Shown here one piece after another: positions 16,143 through 24,904 of a stretch of DNA of 32,000 nt. Position 1 is the stretch's first letter; the number at the start of each line of letters is the position of its first letter. This DNA is from Allgaiera indica. GTDB lineage: Bacteria; Pseudomonadota; Alphaproteobacteria; Rhodobacterales; Rhodobacteraceae. Both the position numbers and the translations under genes were made by a program. The stretch covers positions 204,531 through 236,530 of the forward strand of contig NZ_FNOB01000001.1 of NCBI RefSeq assembly GCF_900106675.1, in the 5' to 3' direction. The notes beneath the pieces are model-generated. The model did not search any database. It was given only the letters and a program-made list of their open reading frames with translations, and was not told the origin of the DNA.

Positions 16143-17354
16143 ATGAACACCAAACGCCCCGCCTTCTATCGCTTCGCCAACGGTGACAAGGCCCCGCTGC
16201 CCTTCGCGCCCGAGGAATACGAAGACCGCATCGCCGGACTGCGCGACATCCTGGATCTGCATTCGCTCGACGCCGCGGTCCTGACCTCGATGCACAACAT
16301 CGCCTATTATTCGGGCTTCCTCTATTGCAGCTTCGGGCGTCCTTATGCCTGCGTCGTTACCCGCGACGCCTGCGTCACGATCAGCGCGGGCATCGACGCG
16401 GGCCAGCCCTGGCGCCGCTGCCATGGCGAAAGCCTGACCTATACCGACTGGACGCGCGACAATTTCTGGCGCGCGGTAGCCCATGTGACGGGCGAGGGCC
16501 GCGCGCTGGGGTTCGAGGCCGATCATCTGACGCTGGTGCAGTCGGAAAAGATCAATGCCTTCCTGAAGCCGGCGCGCGGCATGGATATCTCGCCCGCCAC
16601 GATGCAGCAGCGCATGGTGAAAAGCCCCGCCGAGATCGACCTGATCCGCGCCGGCGCCGCGGTGGCGGATGTCGGCGGCTACGCGATCCGCGACGCGATC
16701 CGCGAGGGCACGCGCGAGATCGACATAGCCATGGCCGGCCGCGACGCGATGGAGCTGGAGATCGCCAAGCGCTTCCCCGATGCCGAATACCGCGACACCT
16801 GGGTCTGGTTCCAGTCGGGGCCGAACACCGACGGCGCCCACAACCCGGTGACGGCGCGCAAGCTGAGGCGCGGCGATATCCTGTCGCTCAACGCCTTCCC
16901 GATGATCTCGGGCTATTACACCGCGCTGGAACGCACGCTTTTCGTGGGCGAGGTCGACGCCGCCAGCCAGGGCTACTGGCAGGCGAACGTGGCCGCGCAT
17001 GAATACGGGATGAGCCTGCTCAAGCCCGGTGCCTCCTGCGCCGAGGTGACGGCGCAGATCAACGCCTTCCTGGCCGAGCGCGACCTGCTGCAATACCGCA
17101 CTTTCGGATATGGTCACAGCTTCGGCCTGCTCAGCCATTACTATGGCCGCGAGGCCGGGCTGGAACTGCGTGAGGATATCGACACGGTGCTGGAGCCGGG
17201 AATGGTGATCTCGATGGAGCCGATGCTGACCATCCCCGAGGGCCGGCCCGGCGCCGGCGGCTACCGCGAGCATGACATCCTGGTGATCGGAGAGGACGGG
17301 TCCGAGGACATCACCGGCTTCCCCTACGGCCCCGAGGCCAACGTCCTGGCGTAA
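16143..17354 (+). CDS. Creatinase (creatine amidinohydrolase), M24-fold
   Basis: 403 aa. Long stretches match my recollection of the Pseudomonas putida creatinase sequence: NGDK, YYSGFLYCSFGRPYACVVT, GQPWRR, WFQSGPNTDGAHNPVT, GDILSLNAFPMISGYYTALERTLF, LQYRTFGYGHSFGLLSHYYGREAGLELREDIDTVLEPGMVISMEPM, PGAGGYREHDIL. Confidence 0.88.
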   Translation: MNTKRPAFYRFANGDKAPLPFAPEEYEDRIAGLRDILDLHSLDAAVLTSMHNIAYYSGFLYCSFGRPYACVVTRDACVTISAGIDAGQPWRRCHGESLTYTDWTRDNFWRAVAHVTGEGRALGFEADHLTLVQSEKINAFLKPARGMDISPATMQQRMVKSPAEIDLIRAGAAVADVGGYAIRDAIREGTREIDIAMAGRDAMELEIAKRFPDAEYRDTWVWFQSGPNTDGAHNPVTARKLRRGDILSLNAFPMISGYYTALERTLFVGEVDAASQGYWQANVAAHEYGMSLLKPGASCAEVTAQINAFLAERDLLQYRTFGYGHSFGLLSHYYGREAGLELREDIDTVLEPGMVISMEPMLTIPEGRPGAGGYREHDILVIGEDGSEDITGFPYGPEANVLA

Positions 17355-17569
17355 GCGCAGCGCATTTCTTCTTCACGTCCGGCGGTCCTTGGGTCGGCGC
17401 GAAAACGGGCGAACAGGGCGCGTCGGACGTGTCACGGAACTGGCGTGATGATTGTTGCGTTGCGGCAAGGCAGCTTCGCACCGTAAAAGAATATGTCGGG
17501 CTTGACGCCAAACTTGCTTCATGGCGCTGATGCGCAAGTTCCGACCCGAGTTGAAGAAAGGACGCCCGG

Positions 17570-18502
17570 ATGACCCTTGCCAAACCGACCCTTCTGGTCA
17601 GCCGACGCCAGACGCTGCGCGTTCTGGGGGCTTTCGCGATGACCGGGGCGGTTGCCGCCTGCGCCGGCCGGCCAGACGATGTGGCCAAGTCCGAGACCGA
17701 TCCCGCCGTTGCGCCGGTCGAGGCGCCCTCGCCCGCCACTATCGCCCGCTATCAGGCGATCCAGGATCACGGCTATACGATCCAGGCCGTCAACCCGGGC
17801 TATCTGACCGGATCGAACGCAAGGGCGCTGGTCTATTACAACGGCTCCGAGCAGCCCGGGCATATCGTCATCGACCCCTATGCGCGCCGGCTGTATCTGG
17901 TGCTGGAGAACGGGATGGCGATCCGCTACGGCTGCGCCGTCGGCAAGCAGGGCAAGACCTTCTCGGGCGACGGGGTGATCGAGCGCAAGGTGCAATGGCC
18001 CAGCTGGCGCCCGACCCAGAACATGATCGAGACCGAGCCCGAAAAATATGGCGATTACGCCGATGGCGTCGAGGGCGGGCCGGAAAACCCGCTGGGCGCG
18101 CGCGCGCTCTATCTTTATCGCAACGGGCGCGACACCTATTACCGCATCCACGGCACCAACAACCCCTCGACCATCGGCCGGGCCACCTCGGCCGGCTGCA
18201 TCCGGCTGTTCGACCAGGATATCATCGACCTCTACAACCGCGTGCCGCGGGGAACCCAGGTCCATGTGCGCACGCCCGACGAATCGGCTATGATGATCGG
18301 CCCGCTGCGGCCCGGATTTGACGGCTATGTGACCCCGGTCAATGATCCCGATCAGAAGGTCACCGGACCGCTGGCCGACCAAATCCTCGATAACAGCGAA
18401 ACCGCGACCGACGTGGCTGTGGCCTCTGCCACCCAGGCGCTGAGCGCGCAGCAGCCGCAGCTGACCCCCGCGGCGACCGGCCAGCCCAAGAAAGTCTACT
18501 AG
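17570..18502 (+). CDS. L,D-transpeptidase (YkuD domain), Tat/lipoprotein-type signal
   Basis: N-terminus MTLAKPTLLVSRRQTLRVLGAFAMTGAVAAC has a twin-arginine motif and a lipobox-like AVAAC. YkuD catalytic motif HGTNNPSTIGRATSAGCIRL. Confidence 0.88.
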   Translation: MTLAKPTLLVSRRQTLRVLGAFAMTGAVAACAGRPDDVAKSETDPAVAPVEAPSPATIARYQAIQDHGYTIQAVNPGYLTGSNARALVYYNGSEQPGHIVIDPYARRLYLVLENGMAIRYGCAVGKQGKTFSGDGVIERKVQWPSWRPTQNMIETEPEKYGDYADGVEGGPENPLGARALYLYRNGRDTYYRIHGTNNPSTIGRATSAGCIRLFDQDIIDLYNRVPRGTQVHVRTPDESAMMIGPLRPGFDGYVTPVNDPDQKVTGPLADQILDNSETATDVAVASATQALSAQQPQLTPAATGQPKKVY

Positions 18503-18520
18503 CCGCCGCCGCCTCGCCCC

Positions 18521-19168
18521 TTAGAACGGACAGGTGGCCTTGAAGGTGGCGCCGTGGCCGCCGTCGGGGTGGTTCAGGCGCAGGCTTTCGGCATGCAGCA
18601 TCAGGCGTGGGAAATCGCGCGCCGGACCGTCTGCATAGAAGGGATCGCCCAGGATCGGGTGGCCGATCTCCTTCATATGCACCCGCAGCTGGTGGCTGCG
18701 CCCGGTCTGCGGCATCAGCCGCACGCGGGTGGTGCCGTCTTCGTGCTTCAGCACGCGCCAATCGGTCACCGCGGGCTTGCCGCGGTCGTGATCGACATGT
18801 TGCAGCGGCCGGTTCGGCCAATCGACGATCAGCGGCAGATCCACGGTGCCGGTCTTGTGCGCCACTTCACCCCAGAGCCGGGCGACATAGATCTTCCTGG
18901 TCTTGCGGGTCTCGAATTGCAGCGACAGGTCGCGCTGGGCGGCCTTGGTCAGCGCGAAGACGATCACCCCCGAGGTGTCTCGGTCCAGCCGGTGCACCAG
19001 CAGCGCCTCGGGGAACACCGCCTGGGCGCGGGCGATCAGGCAATCGGCCAGGTCCGGGCCCTTGCCCGGCACCGTCAAAAGGCCCGGGGGCTTGTCCAGC
19101 ACCAACAGGTGATGGTCGTGGTGCAGGACGCGCAGCGCCTCTTGCGGCGGGTCGTAGGCGTCGCTCAA
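18521..19168 (-). CDS. RluA-family pseudouridine synthase
   Basis: C-terminal 215 codons of ORF 18521..19750 (-). Catalytic motif HRLDRDTSGVIVFA, then PQTGRSHQLRVH. No in-frame ATG is available. The TTG at 19168 overlaps the upstream stop (TTGA) and gives (M)SDAYDPPQEALRVLHHDHHLLVLDKPPG. Confidence 0.8.
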   Translation of the reverse strand: MSDAYDPPQEALRVLHHDHHLLVLDKPPGLLTVPGKGPDLADCLIARAQAVFPEALLVHRLDRDTSGVIVFALTKAAQRDLSLQFETRKTRKIYVARLWGEVAHKTGTVDLPLIVDWPNRPLQHVDHDRGKPAVTDWRVLKHEDGTTRVRLMPQTGRSHQLRVHMKEIGHPILGDPFYADGPARDFPRLMLHAESLRLNHPDGGHGATFKATCPF

Positions 19169-19779
19169 GGGATCATCCGCTTGATCGCGGCGACATGTTC
19201 GGCGCGCGCGGCGCAGGCATCGACGGTCAGGTCCGCGACCGTCGCGGCCAGTGCCTCGGGGGCGACGATACGATCGATCAGGCCCCAGGCGGCGGCCTCT
19301 TCCGCGCCGATGCGGGCGCCGGCCATCAGGATCATCTTGGCACGGGCGGGCCCGACCAGCGCGGCCAGGCGCGCGGGGTCCGAGGGCTGCGGCAGAAAGC
19401 CCAGCTTCATCACCGGGTAGAACAGCTTGGCGCCCGGTACCGCGATGCGCAGATCGCAGGCCAGCGCCATGCCCATCGCCCCACCCGCCAGCGTGCCGTT
19501 CAGCGCGGCGATCGTCAGACAGGGCAGCGCGGCGATGGCGCCCGACAGCCGTTCCCACACCGGATCGCGGGCAAGGCCGGCGCGCGCCTCGTCCAGATCC
19601 GCCCCAGCCGAGAACACCTTGCCGGTGCCGGTCAGCACCAGCGCGCGGGCGCCATCGGCCCCGGCGCGTTCGACGCCGTCGGCCAGCGCGGCCAGCATCT
19701 CGCGGGTCATGGAATTGGCCTTTTCGGGGCGGTCGATGGTCAGCGTCCAAAGCCCGCCCTCGGCCCGCGTCTCGATCAT
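19165..19779 (-). CDS. Enoyl-CoA hydratase/isomerase (crotonase) family protein
   Basis: ORF 19165..19890 (-) trimmed to the ATG at 19779 (MIETRAEGGLWTLTIDRPEKANSM), which overlaps the SDR stop (ATGA). Crotonase oxyanion motif GKVFSAGADLDE. Confidence 0.85.
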   Translation of the reverse strand: MIETRAEGGLWTLTIDRPEKANSMTREMLAALADGVERAGADGARALVLTGTGKVFSAGADLDEARAGLARDPVWERLSGAIAALPCLTIAALNGTLAGGAMGMALACDLRIAVPGAKLFYPVMKLGFLPQPSDPARLAALVGPARAKMILMAGARIGAEEAAAWGLIDRIVAPEALAATVADLTVDACAARAEHVAAIKRMIP

Positions 19780-20540
19780 TCGGTCAGGCCGATCCGGCGG
19801 CGGATCGCCTCGTCGCGCAGCTGTACCTCTTCGCCCAGCAGGTCGTCGGCCTCTGCCGAGCACATCCACAAAAGCGCCTTGGCGGGCCAATCGGCGGGGA
19901 CGTGGACGCCCGGGTCCAGCTGGCTGACCGGGTTGATGCCCGAGGCGCGGATCTTCACCTGCATCTCGGTCGCCACGGTGCCGGGCGACAGGCCCATGAT
20001 CCGCAGCCCCGCGGGCCCCGCCTCATGATGCGCGACCCGGGTCAGCATCGCCGCCCCCGCCTTGGCCGAGCAATAGGCCGACCAGCCTTCCAGCGGGTTG
20101 TGCGCCGCGCCGGAACTGACCGTGATGATGGTGCCCGAGCGCCGCGCGATCATCCCGGGCATCACCGCGCGCATCCCATGGAACACGCCCTTCAGATTGA
20201 TGTCGATCGCCTTGCCCCAGGCGGCGGGATCGGCCTGGGCCAGCGGCGCGATCGGCTCGATCACCCCGGCGTTGTTGATCAGCACGTCGACCGGGCCGAA
20301 GGCGCCTTCCAGCCGCTGCACCGCGCCCATCACCGCCGCCGATGAGGCGATGTCGCAGGGCAACGCGATGGCCCCCGCCCCGAGATCTGCCGCCAGTGCG
20401 GAAATCTCTGCCTCGGAACGCGCGATCAGACCAACCTTGGCCCCCGCCTTGGCAAAGGCCCGCGCCGCCTCTGCGCCGATCCCCCGGCTTGCCCCGGTGA
20501 TCGCCACCACCTTGCCCGTCATTCCTGCCGTCGCGCTCAT
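19776..20540 (-). CDS. SDR-family oxidoreductase
   Basis: Best start is ATG 20540 (MSATAGMTGKVVAITGASRGIG), with AAGGAGA 6 nt upstream. TGxxxGxG cofactor motif, NNAG, catalytic YCSAK. Confidence 0.88.
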   Translation of the reverse strand: MSATAGMTGKVVAITGASRGIGAEAARAFAKAGAKVGLIARSEAEISALAADLGAGAIALPCDIASSAAVMGAVQRLEGAFGPVDVLINNAGVIEPIAPLAQADPAAWGKAIDINLKGVFHGMRAVMPGMIARRSGTIITVSSGAAHNPLEGWSAYCSAKAGAAMLTRVAHHEAGPAGLRIMGLSPGTVATEMQVKIRASGINPVSQLDPGVHVPADWPAKALLWMCSAEADDLLGEEVQLRDEAIRRRIGLTE

Positions 20541-20662
20541 CGCGGTCTCCTTCATCGCCAATCCGTGAAGTCTTAGCGCAGCGCCCGGGGGACGGAAAGC
20601 CTTGACCGCCCCCGGTTGCCGCGCAAGGGTTTTTACAACCAGACGCCGTGCAAAGGATCGCC

Positions 20663-22174
20663 ATGCGAGGCAACATCATTCTGGCCGGACCGGCGGCGCT
20701 GGCGGCGCTGCTGGCCGGATCGGCGGCCTTCGCGGATGTCACGGTCGATCAGGTCTGGCAGAACTGGACCAAGACGTTCGCGTCCGGCACGGACGGCATC
20801 ACGGTCGGTAGCCGCAAGCGAACCGGCAAGACCCTGGCGCTGAAAGACGTGCACACGACGATCATCAACCAGGGCTCGACCACCCGGTTCGCGATCGGCG
20901 AGATCGACCTGACCCAGAGGCCGGACGGGACGGTCGCGATGCGCATGTCGCCCACGATGACCTATGCGGTTGACGTCGCGGCCCCGGGCAGGCCGCCGAT
21001 GTCGTTCACGCTGCTGGCCACGCAGAAGCACATGAAGGCCGTGGTCTCGGGCAGGCCCGACGACATGATCTATGATTTCAGCGTGGGCGATGCGACGCTG
21101 CGGATAACCGACGCCAGGGTCGGCGATCAAGCGGCTCATGTCGGGCTGACGGCCACCCTGACCGGCGCGACCGAACGGCTGGAGAACACAACCACGGCCA
21201 GGTACGGCCCGGTCAACGTCGCCTTGACGGCCAAGGTCGGCGGCCTGGCCGTGGCTTTCAGGGCCGGGCGGCCCGGGGCCGCGCAGGGCGGCGTTCTGGA
21301 TCTTGACGTCAAGGGGCTGACATTCGCGCTGGATGGTCACGATATCCGGGCCATGGCGGCAGGGCATCTGGCGCGGGTATTGAAGGCTGGTGCCTTTATG
21401 TCGATGGGGCTGGGCTTCCGGTCGCTCGACGCAAACTATTCGCTGGACTTCAAGGACGGCCATAGCCACGGCAGTGCCGCCGTGCGGAACGCCAGGATGA
21501 GCGTCGCGATGGCTTCGCCCGGGGTCAGCGTTGACCTTTCCAGCGGCCGGACAGGGGTTTCGGCCTCGTTGCCCAAGGGGCCGCTGCCCAAGGTGTCGCT
21601 GAATCTGGCGCGCGCCGTTCTTGACGTGACGATGCCGCTGCGCCCCGACGCGGCGCCGCAGGATTACGCGATGAAGCTGGATCTGGAGCGGTTGACGACG
21701 GGCAAGGGGATCTGGCGGCTGATCGACCCCGGGGACCTGCTGCCGCATGATCCCTGGACCATGGCGGCGGATCTGGCCGGCAAGATGACGGTCCTTGGGG
21801 ATTTCGCTGGGCGGGCCCAGACGCCGGGGGGCGCCCGGGCTTTGCCCGCCAGGCCCGACACGATCGACCTCAAGTCGCTGAAGCTGGCGGTCGCGGGGGC
21901 GACGCTTTCGGGGCATGGCGCGTTGGCCTTCCAACAAGCGGCGGGCGCGGCGAAGCCTGCGCCCACGGGCGAGATCGACCTGCGCATGGCCGGCGTCGAG
22001 ACGCTGATCAAGGATCTGGTCAGGATGGAGCTGGTGCCCAAGGACCGGGCGACCGAGGCCAGGGTTATGCTGGCGGCGTTGACCGAGCCGGGCAAGACGT
22101 CCGGCACACTGGTCTCGAAGATCGCATTCACCAGGGACGGTCATGTGCTGGCGAACGGACGACGGGTGAAATAG
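20663..22174 (+). CDS. Secreted protein of unknown function (possibly DUF2125-like)
   Basis: Start at ATG 20663 (MRGNIILAGPAALAALLAGSAAFA signal peptide). Balanced amino-acid composition, unlike the Arg/Pro/Gly-rich antisense ORF. The family assignment is a weak recollection only. Confidence 0.6.
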   Translation: MRGNIILAGPAALAALLAGSAAFADVTVDQVWQNWTKTFASGTDGITVGSRKRTGKTLALKDVHTTIINQGSTTRFAIGEIDLTQRPDGTVAMRMSPTMTYAVDVAAPGRPPMSFTLLATQKHMKAVVSGRPDDMIYDFSVGDATLRITDARVGDQAAHVGLTATLTGATERLENTTTARYGPVNVALTAKVGGLAVAFRAGRPGAAQGGVLDLDVKGLTFALDGHDIRAMAAGHLARVLKAGAFMSMGLGFRSLDANYSLDFKDGHSHGSAAVRNARMSVAMASPGVSVDLSSGRTGVSASLPKGPLPKVSLNLARAVLDVTMPLRPDAAPQDYAMKLDLERLTTGKGIWRLIDPGDLLPHDPWTMAADLAGKMTVLGDFAGRAQTPGGARALPARPDTIDLKSLKLAVAGATLSGHGALAFQQAAGAAKPAPTGEIDLRMAGVETLIKDLVRMELVPKDRATEARVMLAALTEPGKTSGTLVSKIAFTRDGHVLANGRRVK

Positions 22175-22189
22175 CGGCGTTTGCGACCG

Positions 22190-22251
22190 CCTTCCGGCCC
22201 GGCGCCGGTGCGCGTCTTGCGCGGCGGGCGCAGCCGGGATAGGCCGGAAGG
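22190..22251 (+). terminator. Long inverted repeat between the secreted-protein gene and pmbA
   Basis: CCTTCCGGCC (22190-22199) and GGCCGGAAGG (22242-22251) are perfect complements flanking a GC-rich 42-nt segment with further partial pairing. It starts 15 nt after the stop at 22174. Confidence 0.3.
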
Positions 22252-22279
22252 AATTCGCGCAGAGCAGAGAGAGAGCCGC

Positions 22280-23626
22280 ATGTCCGACAGTCTCGAAACC
22301 CTCGCCCATGCCCTATTGGATGCCGCCCGCAAGGCAGGCGCCGAAGCCGCGGATGCGCTGGTGGCCGAAGGCACCTCTGTGTCCATCGACGTGCGGGGCA
22401 GCGTATTGGAACAGGCCGAACGGTCCGAGGCGGTGGAACTTGGGCTGCGCGTTCTGATCGGGACGCGCCAGGCCTGCGTTTCGGCCTCGGACACGCGTGC
22501 GGAAACCCTTAGCGCGGTGGCCGAACGCGCCGTCGCCATGGCCCGCGAGGCGCCCGAGGATGCTACGGTGGGGCTGGCCGATCCGTCACAACTGGCAACT
22601 TCTTGGGATCTGGCGGCGCTGGAAATGGCCGACCCGACCGATGAGCCCGACCCCGCCGAACTGGAGAACGACGCACGCCGCGCCGAGTCCGCCGCGCTGG
22701 CGGTGAAGGGCGTCAGCCAGGTGCAGGGCGCCGGTGCGGGGTATGGCCGCAACCGCATCCATCTGGCTGCGACCAACGGCTTTTCGGGCGGCTATGCCCG
22801 CACCTCGCGCGCCACCCATTGCGTGGCGATCACCGGCGAGGGCACGAAGATGGAACGCGACGGGTTCGGCGACGGTCGGGTCTGGCAGGCCGATCTGATG
22901 CGCCCCGAAGAGATCGGCCGTACCGCCGGCGAACGCGCGGTGGAACGGGCCGGCGCGCGCAAGCCACGCACCGGCGCCTATCCGGTGCTTTACGATGAAC
23001 GTGTCGCGGCCTCGCTGATCGGGCATCTGCTGGGCGCGGTGAACGGCAATGCCATCGCGCGCGGCGCCAGCTGGCTGCGCGACGCGCTGGGCGAGTCGTT
23101 GCTGCCCGAAGGGCTGAGCCTGATCGAGGATCCCTTGCGCCCCCGCGCGGGATCGACCCGGCCCTTCGATGCCGAGGGGCTGCCGGCGACGGCGCGCGCG
23201 ATCGTCGATCGCGGTGTGCTGACCGGCTGGACGCTGGATCTGGGCACGGCGCGCAAGCTGGGGATGGAAAGCACCGCCAGCGCCTCGCGCGGGACCTCGT
23301 CGCCGCCTTCGCCCGGCATCACCAACGTGGCGCTGACCCAGGGCAAGAAAAGCCGCGCGGATCTGATCGCCGAGATGGGCACCGGCCTTCTGGTGACCTC
23401 GATGATGGGTTCGTCGGTGAACCCGACCACCGGGGATTATTCGCGCGGCGCCGCGGGCTTCTGGGTTGAGGGCGGAGAAATCGCCTATCCGGTGAACGAA
23501 TGCACCATCGCGGGCAACCTGCGCGACATGCTGCGCCGGATCATTCCGGCCAACGATGCGCGGCTGCATCTGTCCACCGTCGTGCCCTCGCTGCTGGTCG
23601 AGGGGCTGACGCTTGCCGGCGCCTGA
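22280..23626 (+). CDS. pmbA: TldD/PmbA-family metalloprotease (PmbA/TldE-like)
   Basis: ORF 22181..23626 trimmed to ATG 22280 (MSDSLETLAHALLDAARKAGAEAADALV). C-terminal region GDYSRGAAGFWVEGGEIAYPVNECTIAGNL is typical of PmbA/TldD. Confidence 0.85.
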   Translation: MSDSLETLAHALLDAARKAGAEAADALVAEGTSVSIDVRGSVLEQAERSEAVELGLRVLIGTRQACVSASDTRAETLSAVAERAVAMAREAPEDATVGLADPSQLATSWDLAALEMADPTDEPDPAELENDARRAESAALAVKGVSQVQGAGAGYGRNRIHLAATNGFSGGYARTSRATHCVAITGEGTKMERDGFGDGRVWQADLMRPEEIGRTAGERAVERAGARKPRTGAYPVLYDERVAASLIGHLLGAVNGNAIARGASWLRDALGESLLPEGLSLIEDPLRPRAGSTRPFDAEGLPATARAIVDRGVLTGWTLDLGTARKLGMESTASASRGTSSPPSPGITNVALTQGKKSRADLIAEMGTGLLVTSMMGSSVNPTTGDYSRGAAGFWVEGGEIAYPVNECTIAGNLRDMLRRIIPANDARLHLSTVVPSLLVEGLTLAGA

Positions 23627-24419
23627 CGACGATCTGGCGCTGCTGACCGACGCCGCGCGCGAAGCGGGGCGGATCGCGCTGCGCTACTGGCGGAAATCCC
23701 CCGATGCCTGGGAAAAGGCCGACGGTGCCGGCCCGGTGACAGAGGCCGACCTGGCCGTGAACCGGATGCTTGCCCAGGAACTGCGTGCCGCCCGGCCCGA
23801 TTACGGCTGGCTTTCCGAGGAAAGCGAGGACGACCCCGCGCGGCTGGAGGCCGAGCATGTGTTCATCATCGACCCGATCGACGGCACCCGCGCCTTCCTG
23901 CGCGGCGAGGACACCTTCGCCCATTCGCTGGCCATCGCCCGGCGCGGCAGGGTGGTCGCGGCGGCCGTGTTCCTGCCGGCGCTGGGACGGTTCTATTCCG
24001 CCAGCCTGGACACGCCGGCGCAATGCGATGGGGCACCGCTGGCGGTCTCGCCCGCGACGAGGGCCGATGGCGCGACGCTGCTGACCTCGCAGGCGGGACT
24101 GCGGCCGGGGCTGTGGCCCGGTGGGGTGCCCGCGGTACGCCGAAGCTTTCATACCTCGCTAGCCTATCGGCTGTGCCTGGTGGCCGAGGGGCGCTATGAT
24201 GCCGCGATCACCTTGCGCGACGCGTTCGAGTGGGACATCGCGGCGGGCGATCTGATCGCGCGGCAGGCAGGTGCGACCGTCAGTGACAAGCTGGGCCGGC
24301 CACTGGCCTACAACGCGCCGACGCCCCGTGCCGCCGGCATGCTGGCAGCGCCACCAAAGCTGCACGCGGCGCTGATGACCCGTCTCTCCGTGGCTTCCCC
24401 GCCCGGATCCGCCGGCTAG
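23613..24419 (+). CDS. Inositol monophosphatase family protein (SuhB/CysQ-like)
   Basis: The TTG start at 23613 overlaps the pmbA end by 14 nt, with GAGGGG 7 nt upstream. Metal-binding motifs WLSEESED, IIDPIDGT, WDIAAGDLI. Confidence 0.82.
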   Translation: MPAPDDDLALLTDAAREAGRIALRYWRKSPDAWEKADGAGPVTEADLAVNRMLAQELRAARPDYGWLSEESEDDPARLEAEHVFIIDPIDGTRAFLRGEDTFAHSLAIARRGRVVAAAVFLPALGRFYSASLDTPAQCDGAPLAVSPATRADGATLLTSQAGLRPGLWPGGVPAVRRSFHTSLAYRLCLVAEGRYDAAITLRDAFEWDIAAGDLIARQAGATVSDKLGRPLAYNAPTPRAAGMLAAPPKLHAALMTRLSVASPPGSAG

Positions 24420-24452
24420 GCATCCTTCAGGCCCCCGTCATGCCTTGGCGGG

Positions 24453-24809
24453 TCAGGCCTTGCCGATCAGCCCCGCGGGCGCGTTCTCGGCCTGGACGAA
24501 ATCGCGCGGCGGGGTATCGACCACGGCGGTATTGAGCTTGAATTCGCAAATCACCTCGCCCTCGGCGTTGTCCTCGGTCGAGGCGACGATCAGCGCGCGG
24601 TACAGGTGTCGGCTGCCATCGTAGATGTCGACCACACCGCGCAGCTGTGGGTCGCATGCGGCATCCAGGGCAAAGCCGCCGTCCCACAGGCGCAGGACCG
24701 GATAGACCGCATCCCCCACATGGACCCGCAGGCGCGACCGGCGCCGCTGATCTTCCTTGCGCGCCAGTTTCAGACTTTCGCGGATCTCCGCGGGCAGATG
24801 TTCCAGCAT
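24453..24809 (-). CDS. Hypothetical protein, PilZ-like
   Basis: 118 aa. AGGAGG lies 6 nt upstream of the ATG at 24809. An RRRSR motif (RxxxR-like) is followed by LRLWDGGFAL, which resembles but does not fully match the PilZ (D/N)xSxxG block. Confidence 0.6.
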   Translation of the reverse strand: MLEHLPAEIRESLKLARKEDQRRRSRLRVHVGDAVYPVLRLWDGGFALDAACDPQLRGVVDIYDGSRHLYRALIVASTEDNAEGEVICEFKLNTAVVDTPPRDFVQAENAPAGLIGKA

Positions 24810-24904
24810 GGCAGCCTCCTACAGACAGACAAAGTCTGACGCCCAAACTCCGAAAATCAAGTAAAGGTTTCACGTCTTTGTGCCACGCCCGTGACCCGCC
24901 GGGG

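Noticed and set aside
19169-19750. N-terminal 194 codons of the 409-aa ORF 18521..19750 (-)
   Set aside because: This part overlaps the crotonase-family gene out of frame and is Arg/Gly/Pro-rich. The RluA homology begins only near codon 195, where a TTG overlaps the upstream stop.
20633-22309. 558-aa minus-strand ORF
   Set aside because: It is antisense to the signal-peptide-bearing plus-strand ORF. The minus product is dominated by R/P/G/Q/H with no hydrophobic core pattern, while the plus frame has balanced composition. The choice rests on composition, not on homology.
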